Assembly: GCA_000320545.1 (NCBI GenBank)
Contig: ADNK01000063.1
Coordinates: 1-64,000, forward strand
Source: Bigelowiella natans CCMP2755
Lineage: Eukaryota > Protista > Cercozoa
Direction of reading: 5' to 3'
DNA length: 64,000 nt
The notes below the pieces were generated by a model. The model made no database searches and had not been told where the DNA came from. It saw nothing but the letters and a program-made list of their open reading frames with translations. Every line of letters begins with the position of its first letter. The stretch's first letter is position 1. Below, piece by piece: positions 1-10,532 of the stretch. The position numbers and the translations under genes were made by a program.

Positions 1-1
1 A

Positions 2-3000
2 GAGCAGTGATATGGTTCTCCTACGTGTGCATGTCATGGGCGGTAAGAGAATGGCTCCCCTGGTCCGCCGTGGCACGTAGGTACGCCTAACATTATTAGT
101 GTATACATATATCCTATCACTAAGTACCTCATGCTTGTGTTTGTATGGATCCAGGTGTTCTTGAAGGTGCTGGAGCTCCTCTGGCTCAGGCAGGAAGTCG
201 CCGTCCTCGAAGGTAATCGCGTTAACCATAGGGGTGACCTGGGTAGGGACTTTCTTTTCGAACAGCCTGCTGAAATAGTCAGCAAGCTGCTTGTCTCCTG
301 GTGCGTAGACCACTGTCCTCTTGTCCCTAAACTCTTCCGTGTCCGCCCTCATAGCTGCATACTCATCGTTAGGCGCTTCGAGCTTGCGGTCGATGCCTAG
401 GAGGGGCTTGTGGTCAGTCATTAAGGTGAAGCTGGGCACCGACAGCAGGTAGTATCTTAGTTTCCTCTGCGCCTCAGTCATGGCTTTATACTCTCCTTTT
501 GTAGGGCTGTACTTGGCCTCAGCTGCTGTGCAGGCCCTGCCCCACACCCGTATGATCTGCTGGTCTTGGGTAAGTACAGCAGCCATACCTAGCTTAGACC
601 AGTCTGTCCATAGGGTAGCTGGTCTAGTAGTGTCTAGCTTAGCATTCAATAGGGTGTTGCTGCATAACTTTATTAGGTTATCGAAGTGGGCATCAAGGCC
701 AGCCTTGGCCCACACCTTAGCGAAGCTGAGGCCTACAGAGTTCTCCTTCCGGTAAGCAGTAGTAAAAGCAGCTGCAGTCCTAGCGTAGGTAGGGGAGAAC
801 CTACGTAGTATCCAAGCTGCAGTCTGCAAGAATGACTTTAACTCCTTTGCATTCTTAGGTTTAGGGGCTTGCTGTAGTGCTGCTACTTTCTCGGGGTTTG
901 GGGTGATGCGGCCTTGCTCCAGGTAATATCCACACCACTTGATTCTTGTAGCTAGGAATGTACACTTCTGCAGTCTAATAGTAAAACCGAAGTGTGCAAA
1001 CCTAATAAATATATTTTCCAGGAGGAAGATCTGAGCGACGACTGTGTTGGTACATATTATGTCATCATCCACATACACAAACACAAACACCCACAACACA
1101 GACGCCATCCCATCATGTGTGTATGCCCTGTAGTTCTGACTACTGAACGCATCCCCTGATATGCTTAGGCCGTAAGGGAATACGACGAAGTGCCACTTCC
1201 TGTGCCTGCTGGAGAACGCGGTAATGGGGCGGGAGGTTTTGTGGATGGGTGTCTGCATGTATGATTCATTTTTATCTAGGGAAGAGTAGTATTTGTATCC
1301 TATGACGTGTTCAATAACGTCATCTATCCTTGGTGTAGGTGTCTGGATCCTCTTTATTACTCGGTTGTGGCGGATGAAGTTGTGCGCCAGGCGGAAGAAA
1401 GGGTAAGTAGGTTTCTTAGCTAGCACATGTCTCACGTTCCATGGTGAGTTGCTTGGCTCTATCTTCCCTTCCTTTGCCCATTCATTGATCTGCCACTCTA
1501 TCTTTTCCCAGTCCGCTTCCGGTCGCCTATGTTCTGGGTCATTGATGATGCACTCTTCGTATCCCTTCTTTAGCTCGATCTTTACTGGGGTAAGCTTGCT
1601 GGAGGGCTTCGTCGTCGGCTTGGTGATGTCAGAGTACTTCTCGTTTAATATTTTATTAATGTACTTTTTGCCTTTGTCGATATCCCAATCATCAGCTGGG
1701 GGGGTCTTGTCCAGTAGCTCCGTTATCTGTCGGATGGTCTTGCCGGGGTTCTTCTTCCGTAGCTCGGTAGGTGTAGGTAGCTTGTTGTCCGCTAGGTCCA
1801 TAAACTCTAACGCATTAACGCTTGACTCAGAGGTCCACTCGTCAAGCCGTATCATGTTCTGGCTGATGGTCCTGCCTGACTTCTTTGGCAACTTAGCAAA
1901 GTATATCTTGTGATTGTAGAATGATATGATCCCCCCTAATTTTTCTAGGGCATCCTGTCCGAGGAGTAGTTCCATGGATAAAGTCATGGCTACTCGGGTC
2001 TTGATTTGGGTCTCCGCGTCGCTGCCAGGTATCTGTAGCTTTAGCATTAGCTCACCGACGGTCTTCATGGAAGAGCTTCCGTCTGCTTGAGCATATTTAC
2101 GTTCTTTCTTAGTCACTTGATCCAATAGTCCTAACCTTCTTACTGTGCTTAGGCTTATGAAGGACTTCGGCATGCTGCCACTATCCCAAAGGGCAGGTAG
2201 TTTCTTGTAGTCTCCGTAGCTGTCTTTAACTTTAACCTTGGTCATAGCAACTTTGATAGTCCTGTTAGCGTCTTCGTCATTAATGTTGCATACTCCTAAG
2301 TTCTTTATGTCGTCTAGGGTCATGGGCTTGTCTTGGTCCTGCGTTGCTGGTACTGCTGTCTTCGTCGGCGCCTGCTTAAGGTGATCTAATATTCCGTTTA
2401 TCTGCTGCTGTATAGCATTGATACTGTTCTGCTTTTTGTTCTTATATTTATTGTTCTTCCCGTTGTTGCTGCCTTGCCATTTGCTGTTGTTATATCCTTG
2501 TCCTCTGCCTTTCTTTCTCTTTAACTTCTCGTAGTGTTCGTTGAGCTGCCTGATCGTCATCCTGGGTCGTCCTTCTTTCCTGTCTCTGCAGTCTTTAGCG
2601 GTGTGTTTCCCTTTACGTGAGCAGTATCCGCAACGTCGGTTACCTTCCCTGTCCTTGTACCAGTCTCGCTGCGGCTTAATAGCGTTAATGTTTCCTATGC
2701 CAGGTACCTTAGGGCTGGTAAACTTGCGGTCCTGCTCCTGCTCGCGTAGGGATATAGCCTGCACTGCTGCCTCCATCGTGGTGTAGCCTTTCTCCGTAAC
2801 GTAAGTGGATTCCTTTATCTTTAACTTGAACTCTTCAAACCTTGCCTGATCATCACCTGTGTTGTAATTAAAATCATGTAGTTCGTCGATCATATCCTGG
2901 AAGCGCGTGGCAAAGTCTCTAACAGGTTCTCTCTCATGCTGCATCATTGCTCTGTATTTTCTAATAGCCTGGGGTAGGGAGTTAGCATCCTGTTCATTTA

Positions 3001-3739
3001 CAAAAGCCTTCATTATCGCCTCAACGTCTCGTAGCCCACTAACTGTAGTGTGTATTTTCTCTAGCTGCCTGATCCGGGTCCTGCCTGTCTCGTAAAGGTC
3101 CATGGCTTGCTTTATTATAGCTAGCCATTTGAGCTTGTCGTTTTCGGTGGGGTTAGGGGTAAAGTCGCAGAGTATACTCCTAGCGTTCTTCCACCACCTC
3201 CTTGCCTCACCTCTTTTCCCGTTGTATTTCGTTATCATAACCGGTGCTGTTTTAACAGACATGAACTGGGTGTTCCGCTGTACCGGCTGCTGCTGCTTGA
3301 CGGTGCTCTGGGTCGTCCCCCGCGAGGCGCCCAGACCCCCGTCGTTCCTAAACAAAGCTGCCCACTCTGGAGGTAAGTCTGCTTCGTAATCCATGATGTC
3401 CTGCATGATAGCTGCCCAAACATCATGTGTCTGATACTTGTATTCTATCGATACTTTCAGTTTGGCGTAGTTGCTCGCCCTGGGTCGCAAGGCTCGTAAT
3501 GCCATTACGACCTTCTTGCTTTCGGCGGCCACGTCCTCGTCGTCCGCCTCGTAGAAGTTCTCCAGTGCCTCTGCTGCTGCATCTGCTTTCTTAATCCCGG
3601 GTGCTGGTCCCGGCGGTGCCTGTGGAGGTGTTCCTCCTCCTTCCTTAGCGTCCGTATCGCCCTTCCTTTCCTGTTTCTGCTCGTGCCCTTGCACGGCCTG
3701 CGAGCCAAAGTCCTGCTGTTCTTCTAGCTGCTGTGACAT
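2..3739 (-). CDS. Gag-Pol polyprotein (single frame, >1240 aa, no stop before the window edge)
   Basis: Hand translation from ATG 3739 (MSQQLEEQQDFGSQ...): zinc knuckle CGYCSRKGKHTAKDC; protease ALWDSGS and LLLGQD; RT motifs SPWN, LDKNESYMQ, FPYGL, VYVDDD; RNase H TDWS, YSPTKGE, TDHKPL, ADYFSR. Start and left-edge frames agree, and the ORF track lists no stop-terminated ORF in this frame. Confidence 0.92.
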   Translation of the reverse strand, partial: MSQQLEEQQDFGSQAVQGHEQKQERKGDTDAKEGGGTPPQAPPGPAPGIKKADAAAEALENFYEADDEDVAAESKKVVMALRALRPRASNYAKLKVSIEYKYQTHDVWAAIMQDIMDYEADLPPEWAALFRNDGGLGASRGTTQSTVKQQQPVQRNTQFMSVKTAPVMITKYNGKRGEARRWWKNARSILCDFTPNPTENDKLKWLAIIKQAMDLYETGRTRIRQLEKIHTTVSGLRDVEAIMKAFVNEQDANSLPQAIRKYRAMMQHEREPVRDFATRFQDMIDELHDFNYNTGDDQARFEEFKLKIKESTYVTEKGYTTMEAAVQAISLREQEQDRKFTSPKVPGIGNINAIKPQRDWYKDREGNRRCGYCSRKGKHTAKDCRDRKEGRPRMTIRQLNEHYEKLKRKKGRGQGYNNSKWQGSNNGKNNKYKNKKQNSINAIQQQINGILDHLKQAPTKTAVPATQDQDKPMTLDDIKNLGVCNINDEDANRTIKVAMTKVKVKDSYGDYKKLPALWDSGSMPKSFISLSTVRRLGLLDQVTKKERKYAQADGSSSMKTVGELMLKLQIPGSDAETQIKTRVAMTLSMELLLGQDALEKLGGIISFYNHKIYFAKLPKKSGRTISQNMIRLDEWTSESSVNALEFMDLADNKLPTPTELRKKNPGKTIRQITELLDKTPPADDWDIDKGKKYINKILNEKYSDITKPTTKPSSKLTPVKIELKKGYEECIINDPEHRRPEADWEKIEWQINEWAKEGKIEPSNSPWNVRHVLAKKPTYPFFRLAHNFIRHNRVIKRIQTPTPRIDDVIEHVIGYKYYSSLDKNESYMQTPIHKTSRPITAFSSRHRKWHFVVFPYGLSISGDAFSSQNYRAYTHDGMASVLWVFVFVYVDDDIICTNTVVAQIFLLENIFIRFAHFGFTIRLQKCTFLATRIKWCGYYLEQGRITPNPEKVAALQQAPKPKNAKELKSFLQTAAWILRRFSPTYARTAAAFTTAYRKENSVGLSFAKVWAKAGLDAHFDNLIKLCSNTLLNAKLDTTRPATLWTDWSKLGMAAVLTQDQQIIRVWGRACTAAEAKYSPTKGEYKAMTEAQRKLRYYLLSVPSFTLMTDHKPLLGIDRKLEAPNDEYAAMRADTEEFRDKRTVVYAPGDKQLADYFSRLFEKKVPTQVTPMVNAITFEDGDFLPEPEELQHLQEHLDPYKHKHEVLSDRIYVYTNNVRRTYVPRRTRGAILLPPMTCTRRRTISLL

Positions 3740-4099
3740 TGTTAGTCAAATCGTTTCCCGTGTGTGGAAGCCAAAGGTTGTTGCGCGTAAGGTGTTCACA
3801 GGCCGAGGCGCTACGTGCACAAGTAGGCAGGGGGGGGGAAAGGCACGTTTGCTTCCTTTTGAAGAGTTGTGTTTATTTTTATTAAAGATTATATTTTTAT
3901 TAAATCGTGCACTGCGTAATCATTCGCGAAGCTTTCGCGAATGCCGCCGCACGTGGGGCAGCACACTTCCGGTGTGCTGCCATGAGTCCCGCCGGAACCC
4001 ACGTGCCTATGCTGTATTAATATCTACGTTATCTATATTCTATATCCGCGACAACCCCTTTGTTGTCGCACGTGACTTGTGCCCGCGTAGTGGTACGCG

Positions 4100-4116
4100 C
4101 TACATGGTCCTCACCA
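4100..4116 (-). promoter_or_regulatory. Primer-binding site (TGGTGAGGACC...)
   Basis: TGG-initiated tract complementary to a tRNA 3' CCA end, upstream of gag and adjacent to the putative LTR; primer tRNA not identified. Confidence 0.6.
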
Positions 4117-4117
4117 A

Positions 4118-4747
4118 AGCCAGTTCGAGGCACTGCGTTTCGCACACTGCAAACGTCTTGCAACGTATTGGAAACGTGGTTCATCATCATTGTTCATTGT
4201 CTTGGAAGTGCAGTTCATCATCATTGTTCTTGTTCTTGTTCTTGCAACGTTTTGGAAGTGAAGTTCATCATCACTGTTCATTGCTCATTGTTCGTGGAAA
4301 CCAATGTGCCGACGTTGATTCTCACATCTCAGCTTTCAATCCCTCATTGGAATCTCTGCACTCACTCATTCATGAACCACCACAAGAGTGCACCGACCTC
4401 ATTGTTGGTGGGTCGAAATGAACGTGCAAGAACAAAGTGGTCAATCAACTCTGCGGACGCTGAAAACTGGCCTCTCCGCGTGCCGCTATCGTTAGCAGCA
4501 GTTCACAGGCGGAAACTTGTGGACTCGGTGCTGCGGCCTTTCCCCGCACGTTGTGTGTGGCGTTGTTCGAACGAGACACCACTTGCACGATGCAAAGACG
4601 GATGCAATTTGATTGACTTTCCCCGCACGTTGTGCGTGGCGTTGTTCAAACACACAAAACTAAACTTGGACGATGTGTGAGTGGCAGAGTGCTAGACTGT
4701 GATTCTCACGCACACTGCACGCCAATCTGCGGCCCTCAGAGCTAGCT
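4118..4747 (-). repeat. Putative 5' LTR with AGC..GCT termini, TpA-depleted, containing internal degenerate tandem repeats
   Basis: Starts 1 nt from the PBS; ends AGCCAGTTC / GAGCTAGCT form a 7/9 inverted repeat; internal repeats at ~4160-4290 and ~4540-4650. The partner LTR lies outside the window, so the boundary is unverified. Confidence 0.5.
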
Positions 4748-5104
4748 GCTTGTGGACTCCCAGACGCACTGCGCACACACGTCGTTGTGCACAGTGGTGC
4801 CACACGCAAGTCCAATGACCACGCTAGCACGCCCCTCTAGCCCTGGGCGTGCTAGCGTGACCGGGCGTGGAATGAACACCTTGGTAGTGGATCGTCCACT
4901 GTTGCTGCAATCAGCCTGCAGAGCCGTCCAACATCGTAATGATCGCTGGCTAGTGCAAAGTGCGATGCACATACTCTGCAGAATGGACATAGCTAGATAG
5001 GAGAAAGTAAGTTAATGTGCATTGTATAGCATCATCATTTTACCTACATATGCACATTCTATGATCTACAGCGCTGACTATTCGATGTATATGACATTGT
5101 TTGT

Positions 5105-5891
5105 CTACAGTATCCAGAATCTTTTCACTGCTGACATGTATCTTATGTAATCTTCGTTAAACTTTTCCACTAGCTTCTCTTCTTCGAACTCTGCTTTGTA
5201 ATTCAGAACTATTGTTAATGCTACCGCAAACATGCCGCGTGATAGACTGGAAGTGAGAACGGCGAGTCCGAAAGAGCCCAAGATCAAACCCATATATAGT
5301 GGATGACGCATGTACCTAATTAATGAATATTAAATCACATTACTACGAAATATCAGTTGAAAGAGGAAAAACTTGGTTGTACTTAAACATGCCATCTGTC
5401 TTTAGCATAGCGTTCTCTCTTGGCTTTGGCAGTGGCGTCAAACTACTTCCCAAAGTGCCCAATGAAGATAATATGATAACTGTGGCCAAGCTTACAGCGC
5501 TGAACGCTAGGATGCGAACCACGGGTTCAAGATTTATAATAGGGGCAATGACCAGCAGACCTAGCACAACTTGACCGAGAACATAAGGTTCTCCTCTCTT
5601 TCCAAGCTGCTCAGTGTCCCACAACTCCCTAGTTACCACGGATCGATCAAACTCAGGCGATCTGCTCAAACCGGACCCAAGATCATCCAGAAATTGCTTT
5701 CCTTTCACAACAAACCCGTTCAAAGTGTCGGCATCATTGCTATCTTGCGATGCATGGCTAACAAGGTGCCAACGTGGGGGAGGGCTTTGAAAGCATCGAA
5801 TTTTGGTCGCCGCATCTGGAACACGGAAAGTAGAAAGAGAGGGCATTGGCATATTGCATGGTCTTGCTGTAATGATGGAAGCAACGGACAT
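5105..5891 (-). CDS. Isoprenylcysteine carboxyl methyltransferase / PEMT-family membrane protein, probably plastid-targeted (true start may be upstream)
   Basis: LTPLPKPRENAMLKTDGMFK|YMRHPLYMG...KAEFEEEKL; GT-AG intron 5316-5382; GKRGEPYV motif; Ser/Arg/Pro-rich N-terminus. Confidence 0.8.
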
Positions 5892-6340
5892 TGGCTCCTC
5901 CTTGTTGATATATAAAAGTAATTTGGACAAGTGAGAAATGTGAGATAGTGGTTATTGCTACGACGAAGACGTATCAATAGGCGAAGATGAAGATGATGAC
6001 CAATCCAATCAACACGTGGGTAATGGTTGAATTAAAGTTGTAAGTAAAGTATATTTCTCGTGTAGTTTCTCATCACTACCACTCGATGGTGGTGGATTAT
6101 GGCGTGACCGTCGTCTGTCTCTCTCCTCGTGGAGGGGAGGATACTAGTCGTAGACAGCGTTGTACTGATATTAGTATTTGCACCAACAAATAATGATAAT
6201 TATGGAAATAATTATAACAACAATAACAACAACAGTGGTAGGAAACAACAACACCAACATCAATTAGATCTATGGGACTATAATTAATCCCAGTTTTGGC
6301 ATAGAAATCTTGTAATCATATCAAGCAACACTTGCAACAA

Positions 6341-6605
6341 AAGAAAAAAGTTTATTAGTCCCATAAGTCACAAATTTTGCCATGTTTTGCCATGCAAATT
6401 TTGACTTTCGCAATGTCCGTTATGAGACAACATCCACTATGAAAATCACTTCGGTGTAACAACATAGCTGGGAAGTCAAGGGCGCGAAAAGATTAACTAA
6501 CTAACTAACTAACTAACAACATCCACTATGAAAATCACTTCGGTGTAACAACATAGCTGGGAAGTCAAGGGCGCGAAAAGATTAACTAACTAACTAACTA
6601 ACTAA
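6341..6605 (+). mobile_element. 5'-truncated non-LTR retroposon (LINE/SINE 3' end) with (TAAC)n tail and duplicated 3' end
   Basis: 15-bp target-site duplication CAACACTTGCAACAA at 6326-6340 and 6606-6620; ~89-bp 3' unit repeated twice, each ending in (TAAC)n; same sequence at 49674-49751. Confidence 0.75.
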
Positions 6606-6615
6606 CAACACTTGC

Positions 6616-6647
<32 letters not shown>

Positions 6648-6813
6648 ACAACGAGATCTTACCCCACCCACCCTCCTGCAAAGGAAAGAAGGCTGTGTCC
6701 GCCCCACCTTGGTTTCTTCCTAAGACCATTTTCAGCTCCAAGTGATGCAGCTATATCTTGCGAGTAGTTGCAAAGAATACTTTTTGTGAGCGCTGGTGCT
6801 GGATCATCCTAAA

Positions 6814-7591
6814 ATGACTGATTCACCTGACTGCACTTCAAGGGTCATTATTATTCAAACGGCAAGAGAATGATGATGATGATGACGATGATGATAATAA
6901 TGATTAATGAGTGATAAATATAGTGGCAGTAGTGGTGGTATTAGTAACGATTATGGATAATGGGAAAATAGATTATGACTCTCCCCACTCCTCCTCCTAT
7001 CCTCCTCTGCCGCAACCATGTCCTCCTTGGCCTCCATTGAATAAATGTCATTTTTATTTAAGGTTGCCGAGTCTGTGGTGCATGGGGCAAAGTTTGGAGT
7101 TTTCTGGGGAATGGCAGAGAGTGTTGGAACAAATTGGTAACGATTCATAACAATGCAATCAATATGAATTGGTTTATCATGGATCGTCAGCCTTACGATT
7201 CACAACAATGCAATCAATATAAATTGGTTTATCATGGATCGTCAGCCTTTTAGTCATGCATCTTTTTCAATAATTTATACGGCATTCCCATATATTTCTC
7301 CTCCTCCTCCTCCTCATCATCATCGTCGTCATCATCGTCATGATCATCATCAGGAACGTGGAACCTTCTTCTCCTGCCAAGCTAGGTGGTGTAAGACAGG
7401 TACTAGAATAGTAATAAATGCAACAAGAAGAGAGGAGGAGGAATCGAAAATGATGACAGCAGCAGGGCTGATGACAGTAAATGAAGTAATTTGGTTAAAT
7501 GTGTGGCTAAATGCAGATATGTTCAAACGTGCTGAGAAGTGGGCTAACATTCTCCGTTTATATGGCAGCTTTCAGGTGGTCATATTATTTA

Positions 7592-7628
<37 letters not shown>

Positions 7629-8138
7629 GATTATTATTTAGACAATTGCTGTGTTAGAATTGTGACTACTTCTTAATCATCCAGTCATCATCATAATACC
7701 ACAGCTGCACGGCCTGTTTGTCAAAGAGATTTCGGAACAACAAGGATGACTTTCTCAATTATTTGGTCAAGCATCTTCACACATTATCTATCTCTGATTT
7801 GGCTGCTGCTGCTCAAAATAGTGAAGGATGCTGATGATGATCATCATCAAATTGCTGATATATCATGACGATGATGAGTACATTTCTCATTATGATCTTC
7901 ATCATCATCTTTTGAACATCATCAACGTCTTTTCATTCATCCTATCAGTCTGCTTAAAAACTATTATCAATATTACTATATTCCCTAATCGTCCTCGTCG
8001 TCGATTGTCTTCCTCCTCTCATAGTTCTCCATTCATTGAATCCAGGCAGGGAGTTTGACGATTGTGGGGGTAGCTCATGCCAATGACGTCATGGCGACGA
8101 GCCGCTTTTTTACGACAGCAAAAAATGCAATCCTAATG

Positions 8139-8172
<34 letters not shown>

Positions 8173-8379
8173 ATAGTAATAGTTCATTTTAAAAGAAATG
8201 ATGGCGATAGAAGTAGAAGCAGAAAGTGCCACAACAGTAATTCAAGTACAGATGCAAGAGAATAGAGCTTTAAATGAGGAGTCTTCTTTTTCTATCTCTG
8301 TTGATAGGGGGCTACAGGATCATTCATATACACAAGCATTTATGGATTACTACTGAATAATCCCAACAAAAGACACTAG
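6814..8379 (+). CDS. Tim17/Tim22/Tim23-family membrane protein (~7 exons)
   Basis: Spliced by eye at GT-AG: MTDSPDCTSR|VAESVVHGAKFGVFWGMAESVGTNW|NVEPSSPAKLGGVRQ|ICSNVLRSGLTFSVYMAAFS|CTACLSKRFRNNKDDFLNYL|AGSLTIVG...|GATGSFIYTSIYGLLLNNPNKRH*; R-x-x-KDD-x-x-N motif and glycine-spaced TM helices. Confidence 0.75.
7141..7250. repeat. 55-bp tandem duplication just inside an intron donor
   Basis: CGATTCA(T/C)AACAATGCAATCAATAT...CAGCCTT starts at 7141 and 7196. Confidence 0.9.
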
Positions 8380-9354
8380 TAAATATTCCAAAACAAAGCA
8401 GTTTGCCCATGATGTTCCTTTGTTCGCGTAACTACCAAGTGGGTAAAGTCTAACAACAAGAGCAGGAAGATGAGAAAGCGATTGAAAGAGTACATCAATG
8501 AGAAGATGCATTTGTGATTGACGATCACACCATTGCTGCATGTAGAGAGGCATCTGGTAATCTTTGATCACTGAAAAGCATAAGGTACAATAAAATATGA
8601 TTTCTGTAATTGGCTTGTATGCCACATACTTGACATCTAAAGGTGGGAAAACGTGCTGCTGCAGCAAGTCGCAGTAGTACGTAGACGCCTTCAATCTACG
8701 CTTAGATGCCATGAATCACTGCGTACGTGTCCTGCCCAATAATTGCCTAAAGCGTGAGATAGCAACAGGCTGCTGCATGTGCGTGGGGCCTCGGTCGCGA
8801 GTTTGGTGCGTGCACTCTGCTGAATCAAATCTCCGCGAAAACAACGTGTTCCCTCCTCACCTAACACATCACATCTAGTGAGAATGAAATGCACCGTGGC
8901 AGCGTGCATGCAACCTAGACCTGACATGCAAGGCGCAATCAGCTGTTCTGTGTGCGCATGCTGCGATGCGGCAATGAATGCCATGCAGCAATGAGTCCAC
9001 AGATCTGAATCGTATGTCATCTCTCAGTCAATGTTGTGCATGCGCATGCGTGCGTGGGCCAGCGACATGCACCCTAGATGCACACCATGCAATGAAGCAG
9101 CACGTTCCACAGTGGCACATTGAGACAGCAGTTAGCCACAGAGAAAACTTGGCCCTTCTAGCCTTGCAGCGCTCAGCACCAGAGCAGGCCCCAGCCAACG
9201 TGATGGATGAATGGATGACCAAAGCCGCCATGGGCTGATCGCAGACTGTCTCTAGCAGCCGCGGTCATGCATTCCGGCATTGCACAATGCCAAATCGCAA
9301 TGTATTTTCGCATGCATGCAGCACGTGACCAGGGAAACAAACATACACAATTTG

Positions 9355-9613
9355 AGCGCTGTAGCCGCTGCACTGCACAGCTACATTAGGATGACCATTG
9401 AAAAAATTTAAACATTTCACCACATCCGTCTGACACAATGTCATGGACAACGCTAAACGTGACACAATTTGCACAACACATGCACTAGTGCATGACATTG
9501 CTGTCTAGCTGTGTCTATCGTGATCGAGACGGATGTGATCAATTGCAACCAAATTTGTTCAATGGTCATCCTCATGTAGCTCTAGAGCTGTGCAATGCAG
9601 CGGCTACCGCGCT
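9355..9613. mobile_element. MITE-like element with ~55-bp terminal inverted repeats
   Basis: AGCGCTGTAGCCGCTGCACTGCACAGCTACATTAGGATGACCATTGAAAAAATTT (9355-9409) is inverted at 9551-9613; related solo ends at ~43589-43615 and ~55722-55775. Confidence 0.7.
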
Positions 9614-9945
9614 AATGTTGATGCATGTCCAGATGTGTGCATTGTGCTGCATGCTAGCATGCCACATGCCAACATGTGCTCACACACTGCGATGCGACGC
9701 ACATGATCGACAGCATTCTTTGCAAAACATGCGGCGTGCACGAAATGCAAATCAACACACCAATGCACGCACATGTGCTAGTGTGTCACAAACATCGTAG
9801 CATGCCACCATGTGCAATGCATGTACCGCACAAAATCAGGCTCTACATGAGCCCTGTCCAGCTAGCAGAACAATGAACGCTCGGTCACTCATTAAATATC
9901 GTCGGAAACATTCATTGATAACATTTTCAGCACACCACAATGATC

Positions 9946-10378
9946 TTAATTGTAGGCGACGTTGTCGCATTGCACATCCCAATAATCGCTCGGAATGCCT
10001 CCAACCTCTTCTTTTCCACAAGCCCTCCACAACTCACATAACAGCTTCGACAAACTGTGGCACTCTCTAAAGTTGGTTGCACTGCATTCTACTGCTTGCA
10101 CAGAACCTGCATGGGAATCGATAACTGGAATGATATCTCTATCTGCATATATGGTGGTTGATGTTAATCGAAGATCACGAAGACTAAATCCAAATTTAGC
10201 GCTTTGATAAGCTGCTCCTGGACTCGAAAACCCCAGTGATTCAGCTCTATGCGTTTTGGCTCCTAATATGGCAGCAATGCCCCCTCCTAATGAATGCCCT
10301 GTGAAAATCACCTGTTCAAAACCATAGGTGGTGGTGGTGGTGGGTTAACAAAAGGTTGATGTTATAGTGAGAGGCATG

Positions 10379-10411
<33 letters not shown>

Positions 10412-10493
10412 TTATCCTCAAAGCGATTAGTACAGGACCATACAATATCGAACAAAACACCAAGTACTATCATCATCATTCATCATCACCATT

Positions 10494-10532
<39 letters not shown>

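Larger units (their letters stand above)
1..4747 (-). mobile_element. Ty3/Gypsy LTR retrotransposon, truncated by the left window edge
   Basis: Domain order gag - protease - RT - RNase H - start of integrase on the minus strand; PBS at ~4100-4116; putative 5' LTR 4118-4747. Confidence 0.93.

Noticed and set aside
131-3389. Plus-strand ORFs over the first 3.4 kb
   Set aside because: Antisense shadows of the open minus-strand gag-pol frame.
6427-6605. CRISPR-like array
   Set aside because: Two contiguous identical units without spacers, eukaryotic context, no cas genes; the TSD and tail indicate retroposition.
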